NCBI GenBank assembly: GCA_964490065.1
Contig: CAZBBT010000003.1
Span: forward strand, 7,560-71,559
From: an uncultured Mesorhizobium sp.
GTDB taxonomy: Bacteria > Pseudomonadota > Alphaproteobacteria > Rhizobiales > Rhizobiaceae
Reading direction: 5' to 3'
DNA length: 64,000 bases
Shown here piece after piece: positions 51,301 through 59,615 of the stretch; within the stretch, counting starts at the first letter, position 1, and every line of letters starts with the position of its first letter. The position numbers were made by a program, and so were the translations under genes. The notes beneath the pieces are model-generated. The model was not told the DNA's origin, searched no databases, and was given only the letters and a program-made list of their open reading frames with translations.

Positions 51301-53415
51301 GACGAGTTGGAGCTCTACGAGACGCTGCTCACCAAGGTCGAAAGCGGCGACCGCGTCTCGCGCAAGCGCCTCGAACGCCTGAAAGAGGGTTTGAAGGAAC
51401 GGCTGGAGGCGCTGGCAACCCGCAAGGACGACCTGCTCACCATCTCGGAGATCGGCATCGACCAGATCATCGTCGACGAGGCGCAGGAGTTCAGGAAACT
51501 CTCCTTCGCAACCAACATGTCGACGCTGAAGGGTATCGACCCGAACGGCTCGCAGCGCGCCTGGGACCTCTATGTGAAATCTCGGCTTCTTGAGACGAAG
51601 AATCCGGGCCGGGCGCTCGTGCTGGCCTCCGGCACGCCGATCACCAACACGCTCGGCGAAATGTTCTCCGTGCAGCGCTATCTCGGCTATGATGCCTTGC
51701 TGCAGCGCGGCCTGCACGAGTTCGACGCCTGGGCCTCTACCTTCGGCGACGTCACCACCGAGCTGGAGCTGCAGCCCAACGGCAAATACAAGCCGATGAC
51801 GCGCTTCGCCACTTTCGTAAACGTCCCCGAGCTGATCGCCATGTTCCGCTCCTTCGCGGATGTGGTGGTGCCGGAGGACTTGCGCGCCTATGTGAAAGTT
51901 CCGGCGCTGTCGAGCGGCGCGCGGCAGATCAGGACCTCGAAACCCTCTCCCGCCTTCAAGCGCTACCAGGTCCTGCTCGACGCCCGCATAAAGGCGATCG
52001 AGCAGCGGGACAGGCCGCCGGAGCCGGGCGACGACATTCTGCTGTCGGTCATCACCGATGGCAGGCACGCGGCGATCGATCTGCGTCTCGTCGATGTCGA
52101 TCATGACAACGAGCCCGACAACAAGCTCAACGACCTCGTTGGCAACGCTTATCGCATCTGGCGGCAGACTGCAGCCAGCTCCTATGTCCGGCCCGATGGC
52201 AAGCCGTTCGAGCTTTCCGGCGCCGCGCAGATGATCTTCTCCGACCTCGGCACGATCAGCGTCGAGAAGACGAGGGGCTTTTCCGCCTATCGCTGGATCC
52301 GTGACGAGCTCGTGCGTCTCGGCGTGCCCACCTCCGAGATCGCCTTCATGCAGGATTACAAGAAGTCGGAGGCCAAGCAGCGGCTGTTCGGCGACGTGCG
52401 CGCCGGCAAGGTCCGCTTCCTGATCGGCTCTTCCGACACGATGGGGACCGGCGTCAACGCGCAACTCAGGCTCAAGGCCCTGCATCATCTCGACGTGCCG
52501 TGGCTGCCCTCACAGATCGAGCAGCGCGAAGGCCGCATCCTGCGGCAGGGCAACCAGCATGATGTCGTCGACATCTTCGCCTATGCCACCGAAGGCTCGA
52601 TGGACGCGCAGATGTGGCAGAACAACGAGCGCAAGGCCCGCTTCATCGCCGCGGCCCTGTCGGGCGACGTGTCGGTGCGCCGGCTGGAAGATATCGGCGA
52701 GGGTCAGGCCAATCAGTTTGCTTTTGCCAAGGCCATTGCCTCGGGCGATCCGCGCCTGATGCAGAAGGCGGGGCTGGAAGCCGACATCGCCCGCCTGGAG
52801 AGGTTGAGGTCCGCGCATCAGGATGACCAGTTCGCCATCCGCCGGCAGGTCCGCGATGCCGAGCGCGATATCGAATACGCGACGCGGCGTATCGGCGAGA
52901 TCGGCCAGGATCTGGCGCGCCTGGTTTCGACTGCCGGCGAGGCCTTCCGCATGGCCGTGGGCGAGGCGACTTTTACTGAGCGCAAGCCGGCGGGCCGCGC
53001 TCTGATGAAGGAGATCCTGACCCTGCTGCAGCTCCAGCATGCCGGCGACGCCGTCATCGCCTCGATCGGCGGGTTCGATCTCGAATATTCCGGCGAGCGC
53101 TTCGGCCAGGACGGCTATCGCTACGCGACCATGCTCAAGCGTACCGGGGCCGAGACCGAAATCGAGCTGCCAGTGACCACGCCGCCGCTCGGGGCGATCG
53201 CCAAGCTCGAGCATGTTCTTGCCAACTTCGACGATGAACAGGACCGCGCCCGTCACAGGCTCGCCGAGGCCAACCGGCGTCTTGCCGCCTATCGCGCCCG
53301 CGAGGGCGGCACGTTCGGGTTTTCAGCCGAGCTGGCCGAAAAACGCCGGCAGCTTGCCGAGATCGAGAAGTCTCTGGCAGAGGACGTCGAAGGTTTCGGG
53401 GCGGGACATGCGTAA
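48313..53415 (+). CDS. N6-adenine methyltransferase-SF2 helicase fusion (DarB-like)
   Basis: EPGFGTG and GNPPF methylase motifs; HAVGAGKT, DEAQ and EQREGRILRQGN helicase motifs; about 1700 aa. Confidence 0.9.
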   Translation: MSNDDPFTLDLFDNTALSTGLGLGVTAFGGDFGPGEPETGTTPPACEARQPSIGTPLPCRPGGGRKAPARGENFFLEGTRGLAKGWKQRALDNLAAIRLAADIEAEDRPATREEQARLIRFTGFGASDLANAVFRRPGEVGFQAGWDDIGTALEEAVTHGDYASLARCTQYAHFTPEFIVRAIWAGLLRLGWRGGRVLEPGFGTGLFQALMPADLRDRVHFTGVELDPVTARIARLLQPRARIVNADFARVDLKAFFDLAIGNPPFSDRTVRSDRAYRAMGLRLHDYFIARSIDLLKPGGLAAFVTSAGTLDKADCSAREHIGKSADLVAAIRLPEGSFRQDAGTEVVVDILFFRKRKPDEVEGDVAWLDTDEVRAADGDDGAIRVNRWFARHPDFVLGTHATTSGPFGEAYTCLPYPGQDLAQTLSQAIFLLPEAIYDGEPEVIDLDDEASEDLGDDRGGSPTVREGSFFIGQNTALMQMVDGAPVTITVRKGRTAEGVPDKHARIVRKLIPVRDAVREVLKAQELDRPWGQAQVKLRIAWSNFVRAFGPINTTVVSTSEDPETGEVRETHRRPNLQPFLDDPDCWLVASIEDYDLETDTARPGPIFTERVIAPPAAPIITSAADALAVVLNERGHVDVDHIAELLHDDAASVIDALGDAIFRDPESGAWQTDDAYLSGQVRDKLKAAEAAAALDPAFERNVRALVAVQPADLGPSDITARLGAPWIPAADVVAFAKEMMGADIRIHHMPELASWAVDARQLGWMAAGTSEWGTDRRHAGELVADALNSRVPQIFDIVKEGQAERRVLNVVDTEAAKEKLTKIKTAFQTWIWSDPDRTDRLARVYNDRFNNIAPRKFNGDHLQLPGASGAFSLYGHQKRGIWRIISSGATYLAHAVGAGKTMTIAAAIMEQRRLGLIAKAMLVVPGHCLAQTAREFLALYPTARILVADETNFSKDKRHRFLSRAATAAWDAIVITHSAFRFIGVPSAFESQMIQDELELYETLLTKVESGDRVSRKRLERLKEGLKERLEALATRKDDLLTISEIGIDQIIVDEAQEFRKLSFATNMSTLKGIDPNGSQRAWDLYVKSRLLETKNPGRALVLASGTPITNTLGEMFSVQRYLGYDALLQRGLHEFDAWASTFGDVTTELELQPNGKYKPMTRFATFVNVPELIAMFRSFADVVVPEDLRAYVKVPALSSGARQIRTSKPSPAFKRYQVLLDARIKAIEQRDRPPEPGDDILLSVITDGRHAAIDLRLVDVDHDNEPDNKLNDLVGNAYRIWRQTAASSYVRPDGKPFELSGAAQMIFSDLGTISVEKTRGFSAYRWIRDELVRLGVPTSEIAFMQDYKKSEAKQRLFGDVRAGKVRFLIGSSDTMGTGVNAQLRLKALHHLDVPWLPSQIEQREGRILRQGNQHDVVDIFAYATEGSMDAQMWQNNERKARFIAAALSGDVSVRRLEDIGEGQANQFAFAKAIASGDPRLMQKAGLEADIARLERLRSAHQDDQFAIRRQVRDAERDIEYATRRIGEIGQDLARLVSTAGEAFRMAVGEATFTERKPAGRALMKEILTLLQLQHAGDAVIASIGGFDLEYSGERFGQDGYRYATMLKRTGAETEIELPVTTPPLGAIAKLEHVLANFDDEQDRARHRLAEANRRLAAYRAREGGTFGFSAELAEKRRQLAEIEKSLAEDVEGFGAGHA

Positions 53416-53741
53416 GATGATTGGCCGTGGCGGAGTTCAGAATCCTCGGGCCGCAAATGCCGATCGAGGGATAGGAAACGGTCTGGCAGGTTTCCGGCAC
53501 CGGCGCCGTGCAAGCGGCCCTTGCGTCGGATAAACGGGCTTTGGCTGCAATGCACCCTCAAAGGCGATATTCAGTGCCACTTGGATTGCCGAATGCTTCC
53601 CATTGAAGATGGAGCTTCGGGGTTCTCACCTCGATGAGCTGACTGGGGCATTCTCTTTCGAGGCGCCAGCCCTGGCAAAGCCATAGCCCTCGCAATAGCC
53701 CGTGGATCCCAGAAGAGTGGGCGAACCTCTCATGACGGGCA

Positions 53742-55460
53742 TTGGGAGAACGGGTAGCCGTCACCAAGGACTATCCCGTCCGCGTGGCGCTGAAAGGCGA
53801 GGGCAGCGATACCGAAATCTCCCTTGCCGAGACCGTGCACCGTGTCGCCATGCATCCGGTGGACGAAATTGTCGCCTACCGGGCGATGGCCGAGGAAGGC
53901 ATGGAGGTTGAGAACATCGCGGCCCGCTTCGGCCAGTCGGTCGTGACCGTGCGCCAGCGCTTGAAGCTGGCCAGCCTGTCGCCGCGCATCCTCGACGTGC
54001 TGCGCGCCAATGAAATCTCGTCGGCGCAGGCCAAGGCGCTCGCCATCAGCGACGACCATGCGGCGCAGGAGCAGGCGTGGTTCGAGCAACCAAGCTGGAA
54101 CCACGACCCGCATAGCCTGCGGTCCTTCCTGACCCAAGCCCATGTGCGGGCCACCGACCGGCTGGTGCGGTTTGTTGGGATTGATGCCTATGAACAGGCG
54201 GGCGGCACGGTGTTGCGCGACCTGTTCGGCAAGGACACCACCACCCACCTCACCGACCGGGTCTTGCTGGTGAAGCTGGCGACCGGGCAGCTGGAGACGC
54301 TTGCCGATGAAGTGCGGCAGCGCGGCTGGAGGTGGGTGGAAATCTCCCTTGAGGCCAATGCCGGTTACGGCGCGGGCCATGACCGCATCCGCCCCACGAG
54401 CCGTGCCTTGAGCGAAGCCGAGCAGGCCGAGCTTGATGCGTTGGGCGAGGAGTTCGACACACTGGCTGAGCGCACGGAAACCTATGAGGACGAGGACGCC
54501 CCGGACCTCGCGGCTGACGAGCAACGCCAGCAGATGGTGTCCGACCGCATGGAGGCCATCCAGACCCGCGCCACCAGCTACGACCCGCAGGAAATGGCGC
54601 TGGCCGGGTGCATCATCGGCATCGCCCACAACGGCGGCTTGGACCTCACCCAAGGGTTGGTGAAGCCTGAGGACCAGAAGGCGCTGGCAGCACTCCGCAA
54701 CCCGGAAGGCCAGCCGGGCGAGGGCGAGGGTAGCGAGGGTGCCGAAGAACCGGCCGAGCCGGAAGCCTCCGGCTTGCCCGCCAGCCTTGTCGAGGAACTG
54801 ACCGCCATCCGCACCGCCGCGATGCGTGTTGAACTGGTGGGGCGTCCGCAGGTGGCGCTCGCCGCCATCCTGATGCCGCTGGTTAGCCGGGCCTTCTATG
54901 GCTATGCCATGAGGGCCGGGTTGGATACCGCCGTGGAGGTCCGGGGGGAGTTCCGCGACTTGGCCCCAAGCATCAAGGAGCCGGACGCTTGCCGCGCCCT
55001 GTCGTGCTGGAAGGATGTCATGGAAACGTGGGGGAGCCACATTCCCGGTGCGCCCGCCGACCTGGCCGTGGCTGCTGGAGCAGGAAACGACCGACTGCTT
55101 GACCTTCTGGCCGTGGTGACGGCGGCGAACCTCAATGCCGTCTCAGCTCGCCACGACGCCAGCAAAAGCAGGTCGGCGCAGGCCGGGCAGGTGGCCGAGG
55201 CGGTCGAACTGGATATGAATGCATGGTGGTTGCCCGAGGCTCCATTCCTGTCGCGCCTGTCCAAGGCTGACATCGCTGGTGTGCTGCGCGAGGCCCGATG
55301 CGGCGAGACAGCCGCCAAGGCGGCGAAGCGCTCGCCCAAGGACGACGCGGTGGCGCTGGCCGAGGAAGAGCTGGCCGAAACAGGCTGGTTGCCGATGCCA
55401 CTTCGCGGGCCTGAAAAGCCCGCCGGCGTCGACACGGCACTGGCCGTTGCCGCAGAATAG
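53742..55460 (+). pseudogene. ParB/Spo0J-like plasmid protein lacking its N-terminus
   Basis: EISLAE..HR..MHPVDE plus HTH (IAARFG...VRQRLKLA) and GWLP terminus; ParBc N-terminal part absent. Confidence 0.7.
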
Positions 55461-55465
55461 CTGAC

Positions 55466-55493
55466 AGTCCCGGCGCCATTCGGCGCCGGGACT
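55466..55493 (+). terminator. Stem-loop after ParB-like gene
   Basis: AGTCCCGGCGCC-attc-GGCGCCGGGACT 12-bp stem; no U-tract. Confidence 0.5.
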
Positions 55494-55605
55494 CCTGCCG
55501 ACGAACGGCGAGGGTGCCCCATGGCCCCACCCTCACGCTCCCTCCCGCCCCTGATGACGGCAAAATCATTTTGCCCGTGAGTCATGCGGCATGGTATCGT
55601 GAGCC

Positions 55606-55809
55606 ATGGGAAAAAAGAGCGCCACCGTCGTCCGATCGCCGAAAACCGGCCAGTTCGTGCTGAAACGAAGCCGTGCGGAAAGAATCAGTGCCGTCGAAGG
55701 CATGACCCTTTCGGCGCGGATGGCGACTATCCTCGACGACGGAACCCGGCGCGGCCTCAGCAGCGACGCCCTGAGGGCGCGCATCAAAGCCCAAGTCCGC
55801 AAGAAATAG
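55606..55809 (+). CDS. Putative FicA/VbhA-like antitoxin
   Basis: 67 aa, immediately upstream of Fic; ISAVEG resembles the (S/T)xxxE(G/N) inhibitory motif. Confidence 0.65.
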   Translation: MGKKSATVVRSPKTGQFVLKRSRAERISAVEGMTLSARMATILDDGTRRGLSSDALRARIKAQVRKK

Positions 55810-55815
55810 CCCGAA

Positions 55816-56394
55816 GTGGTCTACGCGGCTGAGCAGGATCCGCTGTGTTATCCCGGCACGACGGTTCTCAGGAACAAGCTTGATATTCAGGACCAGGCAG
55901 AGCTTGACGAGTTCGAGCTGGCGTTGTTTCTCACGCGCGCCGGCGAGCCGCTCCCGGCCGGGGATCTGGATTTCGCCCACTACAAAGCCGCTCACCGCCA
56001 TCTCTTTCAGGACGTTTACGACTGGGCGGGTGAAGCCAGGACGATACGGATCGGCAAGGGCGGAAACTGGTTCTGCTACCCCGAATACATCGAAAACGAG
56101 ATGCAGCGCATCTTCGGGGAGCTCAAAGACGCGAACCATCTGGCGGGACTGTCTCCGCACGAGTTTGCCGCGAAGGCGGCTCATGTTCTCGCCGATATCA
56201 ATGCCGTTCACCCTTTCCGCGAAGGGAACGGGCGGACACAACTGACCTTCCTGGCCATGCTGGCGGAGAATGTCGGATTGCCGTTTAACGAGCAGGTGTT
56301 GGACCGTGAGCGGGTCATAGCCGCCATGGTTGACAGTTTCGGCGGTGACGAGGAGCCTCTGGCCCGTTTGATCGAGGCCGTTGTCGAAGGCTAA
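55816..56394 (+). CDS. Fic family toxin (FicT-like)
   Basis: YPGTTVLRNKL, HLFQDVYDWAG and HPFREGNGRTQL. Confidence 0.92.
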   Translation: MVYAAEQDPLCYPGTTVLRNKLDIQDQAELDEFELALFLTRAGEPLPAGDLDFAHYKAAHRHLFQDVYDWAGEARTIRIGKGGNWFCYPEYIENEMQRIFGELKDANHLAGLSPHEFAAKAAHVLADINAVHPFREGNGRTQLTFLAMLAENVGLPFNEQVLDRERVIAAMVDSFGGDEEPLARLIEAVVEG

Positions 56395-56435
56395 GGCCGC
56401 TCTTGAAAACCGGACCGGCAATACCCAACTGGGGA

Positions 56436-56566
56436 CTTCCTCCACGTTGTGGAAGAGCGGTTGATCGCGCCTCCCTGATAAGGAGGTAGACCGGCATCGG
56501 TTTCGCGGGTTCGAATCCCGCCCTAATTGAAGGTCCGCTCCCGGTCCCGGTCGAGCGGACCTTTTT
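56436..56566 (+). ncRNA. tRNA-like non-coding element (GAT anticodon arm, long variable arm, T arm; no canonical acceptor or CCA)
   Basis: CCTCC-CTGATAA-GGAGG, AGACCG-gcat-CGGTTT and GCGGG-TTCGAAT-CCCGC in tRNA order; transcription is inferred. Confidence 0.6.
56530..56566 (+). terminator. Rho-independent terminator
   Basis: AAGGTCCGCTC/GAGCGGACCTT 11-bp stem ending in a T-run. Confidence 0.8.
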
Positions 56567-56624
56567 CGTTCCCAGCCAATCGCGTTATGCTACCCACCCG
56601 GTTGGCTTTCCGGTATCCGGATGC

Positions 56625-57542
56625 ATGGCCTCGTTTTTCTTTCCCCTTTTATGGCTGACACCCGAGTTTCCAGGCGACGTATGCGGCTCGGACACGATCC
56701 GGGTCCACAAACGCAAATGGGATGTCGCCATTTTCGATCTCTATTCGTTGCAAGCCGAAAATCATCCGCTTCGCTTGCCTCCGGAACTGATGCACATATT
56801 CTTGCAATCTGTGTATATCGAGGTGGAAGTCATCGCCGATGATTTCCAGGCAGCGAAGGATCAGCTCGACTGTTTCCGGGCCATGCTCTACCTGCGCGGC
56901 ACCGTGCCTACGGTCGCCCCGTTTGCCTCTAATATGTCCCTCAACAGCTATGCCGGTATCAATGCCCGCTCATCGGGGCGCCAAGCGACCCTTCATGAAG
57001 GGCTGCGCGAAGGGATCACGCATGCGACAGGGCGGGTGGAAACCTGGGCCAACGAGGTCGTCTTCGTTTGTCTGCAAGGGCCGCAAGGGGCTCGGGTACG
57101 CAAAGTCTCGGAAGGCGTCATTCTCGGCGTGACCGTGGATGTCACGCTGTGGCAAGCCATTGAGCAGGCTCAGCCCGACATCCGGGCAGCGCGGCGTGCA
57201 CTGGTGAACGCTCCGCTTATGCCTGATTATGGCACCTCGGTTCTGCACATCTGGCAAGGGATAGAAAGCCTGTTTCCAAATATCAGCATGGAAATCTCCT
57301 TTCGTGCATCCCTCCTGCTTGCGGAACTGCTCTCCTCCCTTCGTTCACGCACGGAGACCTATGAAGCCGCCAAGAAGAGCTACGGAGACCGTAGCCGTAT
57401 TGCTCACGGGTCGCAGAAGCCAGTTAGCGATGCGCAGTGGGCGCGGGCCTGGGGTTTGCTGCAAGATTCGCTCCAAAGCATCCTCTTGGAACGCGGCCTT
57501 GCGGACGAGGAGACCCTAATCGGTAGGGTTTTGGCGAGCTAG
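56625..57542 (+). CDS. HEPN-domain protein (Apea-like)
   Basis: WQGIESLF...EISFRAS...SYGDRSRIAHG with an R-x4-H motif. Confidence 0.72.
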   Translation: MASFFFPLLWLTPEFPGDVCGSDTIRVHKRKWDVAIFDLYSLQAENHPLRLPPELMHIFLQSVYIEVEVIADDFQAAKDQLDCFRAMLYLRGTVPTVAPFASNMSLNSYAGINARSSGRQATLHEGLREGITHATGRVETWANEVVFVCLQGPQGARVRKVSEGVILGVTVDVTLWQAIEQAQPDIRAARRALVNAPLMPDYGTSVLHIWQGIESLFPNISMEISFRASLLLAELLSSLRSRTETYEAAKKSYGDRSRIAHGSQKPVSDAQWARAWGLLQDSLQSILLERGLADEETLIGRVLAS

Positions 57543-57639
57543 CAGCTAGTCTAGGCGACCGCAAATACTGGCAACTAGCAAAAATCCTTGCCTAGACGAT
57601 CGGTTGATGGAACCCTGCAACCCGCCATACAAAAGACCG

Positions 57640-58236
57640 ATGAACCTAAACGAACTCCCCGACTATCCCGCGATAGAAGAAATCTCCGCCGCGCTTTGGG
57701 GCCATGGCGAGATTCGGGGTGCTGCGGTTATGGTGGGCGCCGGTTTCAGCCGATTTGCCGAGCTTTCTGCCGCAACGGCACCTCTTCCACCACTTTGGAA
57801 CGATTTTCGCAATGAATGACAGTTTTGCTTTACGGAGCTGATTCCGGTCAAGTTCCATCTAATCCCCTGCGTCTAGCAGAGGAATTTCGATCAATGCGCG
57901 GTCCAGTCGCCTTGGAAAGACTGGTAAGGGACAAGGTCAGGGATTCTGAGTGGCAACCCGGTAAGCTTCACCGGCTATTGTTGAGGCTGCCATGGTCGGA
58001 CGTTTTAACGACGAATTGGGACACGTTGCTAGAGAGAACGGTCGATCCCGAGTCGAGCCGCGTTTATGCTAATGTGCTGACTACGGGGGATATCGCGCGG
58101 ACACGATCTCCAAGGATAGTGAAGCTCCACGGGAGCTTTCCCAGCCTTTCTCCATACATCTTCACTGAAGAGGATTTTCGGGCCTATCCAAGCACATTCG
58201 CGCCGTTTGTAAATTTGGCACAGCAGGTCCTGCTCA
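57640..58236 (+). pseudogene. SIR2-like defence protein (Dsr1-like N-terminus), frameshifted and truncated
   Basis: VMVGAGFSR, PLW, then a frameshift near 57816, then TTNWDTLLE and IVKLHGS; ends at an unrelated terminator. Confidence 0.78.
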
Positions 58237-58239
58237 AGG

Positions 58240-58266
58240 GAAAAGCCCGCCTCTGGCGGGCTTTTC
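58240..58266. terminator. Bidirectional intrinsic terminator
   Basis: GAAAAGCCCGCC-tct-GGCGGGCTTTTC. Confidence 0.75.
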
Positions 58267-58278
58267 TCGTTTCGAAGG

Positions 58279-58881
58279 TCATGTTTGCGCTCCCGTAGCC
58301 GTAGGGACGACCGATGGAGGTGCCGCAGGCTCCGGCGTAGCCGCCGCTGCGGCGGCATTCGCCTTCGCTGCCGCCTCAACCCTTGCGACATGCTCGCGGA
58401 AAGCCTCGATCTCCCCGAACGTGCCGACCTCCATCAAGCGGTCGACGAAGCGGGAATAGATGCCGTCCTGAACCTTGCCCTGGGCGCGAAGCCATTCAAC
58501 GGCCGCGTTCGGACTGACCAGCAGAACATAGTGAAATTCCCCCGACGGCCCGGGCTTGGTCATGATGAACCAATGCTCGCGCAGGATCTTCATGCGCTTG
58601 CGCCATGTGTCCACCGTGCGTTCACCCGTAAAGCCCGTTTCCGCTGCGAACGTCACCGGGGTTTCGATCGTGAGAAACGGCATGTCGGGCGACCTCGCCC
58701 AAAGGCAAAACAGCGTGTGACCGGCGGGACTGCCTTTCGAAAGTGCATCAATCGCCTGCATGACGATCGGCATCGTGCGCGGCACGGTCGTGAAGCCGTC
58801 GTTGGTCTTGCGATGCCAGATGAACTCGGACGGGGTTCCCGGAAAATGTAGCGCCATCTGCTGCTGGGCGCGCTCCGCCAT
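58279..58881 (-). CDS. Hypothetical protein, probable winged-helix DNA-binding
   Basis: GFTTVPRTM, FAAETGFTGER...TWRKRMKILRE..FI; an upstream RBS+ATG at 58920 is separated by an in-frame TAG. Confidence 0.6.
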   Translation of the reverse strand: MAERAQQQMALHFPGTPSEFIWHRKTNDGFTTVPRTMPIVMQAIDALSKGSPAGHTLFCLWARSPDMPFLTIETPVTFAAETGFTGERTVDTWRKRMKILREHWFIMTKPGPSGEFHYVLLVSPNAAVEWLRAQGKVQDGIYSRFVDRLMEVGTFGEIEAFREHVARVEAAAKANAAAAAATPEPAAPPSVVPTATGAQT

Positions 58882-59152
58882 CTTGAGCCGCTACGTCGAA
58901 GCCTGTCTCCCGTTCGCCATGTCGTTGCTCCTGTCACCTCGTCTTCGGCAGACCTTTCCCCTATTTGGCCGGACATCGCAATGAGGGGATACGCTGGCCA
59001 GAACGCCGTGTTCATGCAGGCGAATTGGCCTCCGGGTTATCCAGATGTGCAGGTTTTGTCGCGCTGTGATTGTGCGTATTGCGCCACATAGCGCATGCTA
59101 CGAGAAATTTCGTTTCCGAAACAGAGGCTTGCAGCGGGCATGCGGTACTCGC

Positions 59153-59204
59153 GTGTTCCCGTGCTTCCCGTTCTGCACTGTGCTTCCCGTGCTCCCGGGT
59201 TTCC
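59153..59204. repeat. Cluster of short GTG(C/T)(T)TCCC direct repeats
   Basis: gtgttccc gtgcttccc ... gtgcttccc gtgctccc gggtttcc. Confidence 0.6.
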
Positions 59205-59615
59205 AAGGGTCGAGACGGCCAGGCTGCCGCGCGAAAAACATCGGCAAAACCGGAGAAGTTCCCCGGGCGAAAGCGCCTGCGACGGGCTTGTCACGCCCGT
59301 CGACGTGGAAGGCAAACCCTGCCCGCCATTTTCCGGGGCGCCCCAGGCGAGGTGAGGCCAGGAGGGAAAGGAGGGAATAAGGAACCGCTCGCAGAGCGAG
59401 CGTTCCGCCGACGCTGGCGCTCAATCGCCTCCGTCGCGATCCCGGCCCGTCATCCTGCGCAGGGCTGAAGAAGCCCCGCTCGGCCAGCCGGGCAGGGATG
59501 CTCGGGCGCAATTGCCTCGGCCCGCCCGCTCCGCGGGTCCGGGGGTGTCTTCGGCAAGAAGACGGAGAAGGACCGGCGAGAACGCCGCGTCCGCGATCGC
59601 AAAAGGAGTATCTCC

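Noticed and set aside
56389-56413. Resemblance to the tRNA-Ser(TGA) anticodon region (TCTTGAAAACCGG)
   Set aside because: The 5' anticodon stem does not pair and no T arm follows; better explained as a -35 element
56436-56530. Calling the element a functional tRNA-Ile
   Set aside because: No proper acceptor stem, no canonical D loop and no CCA
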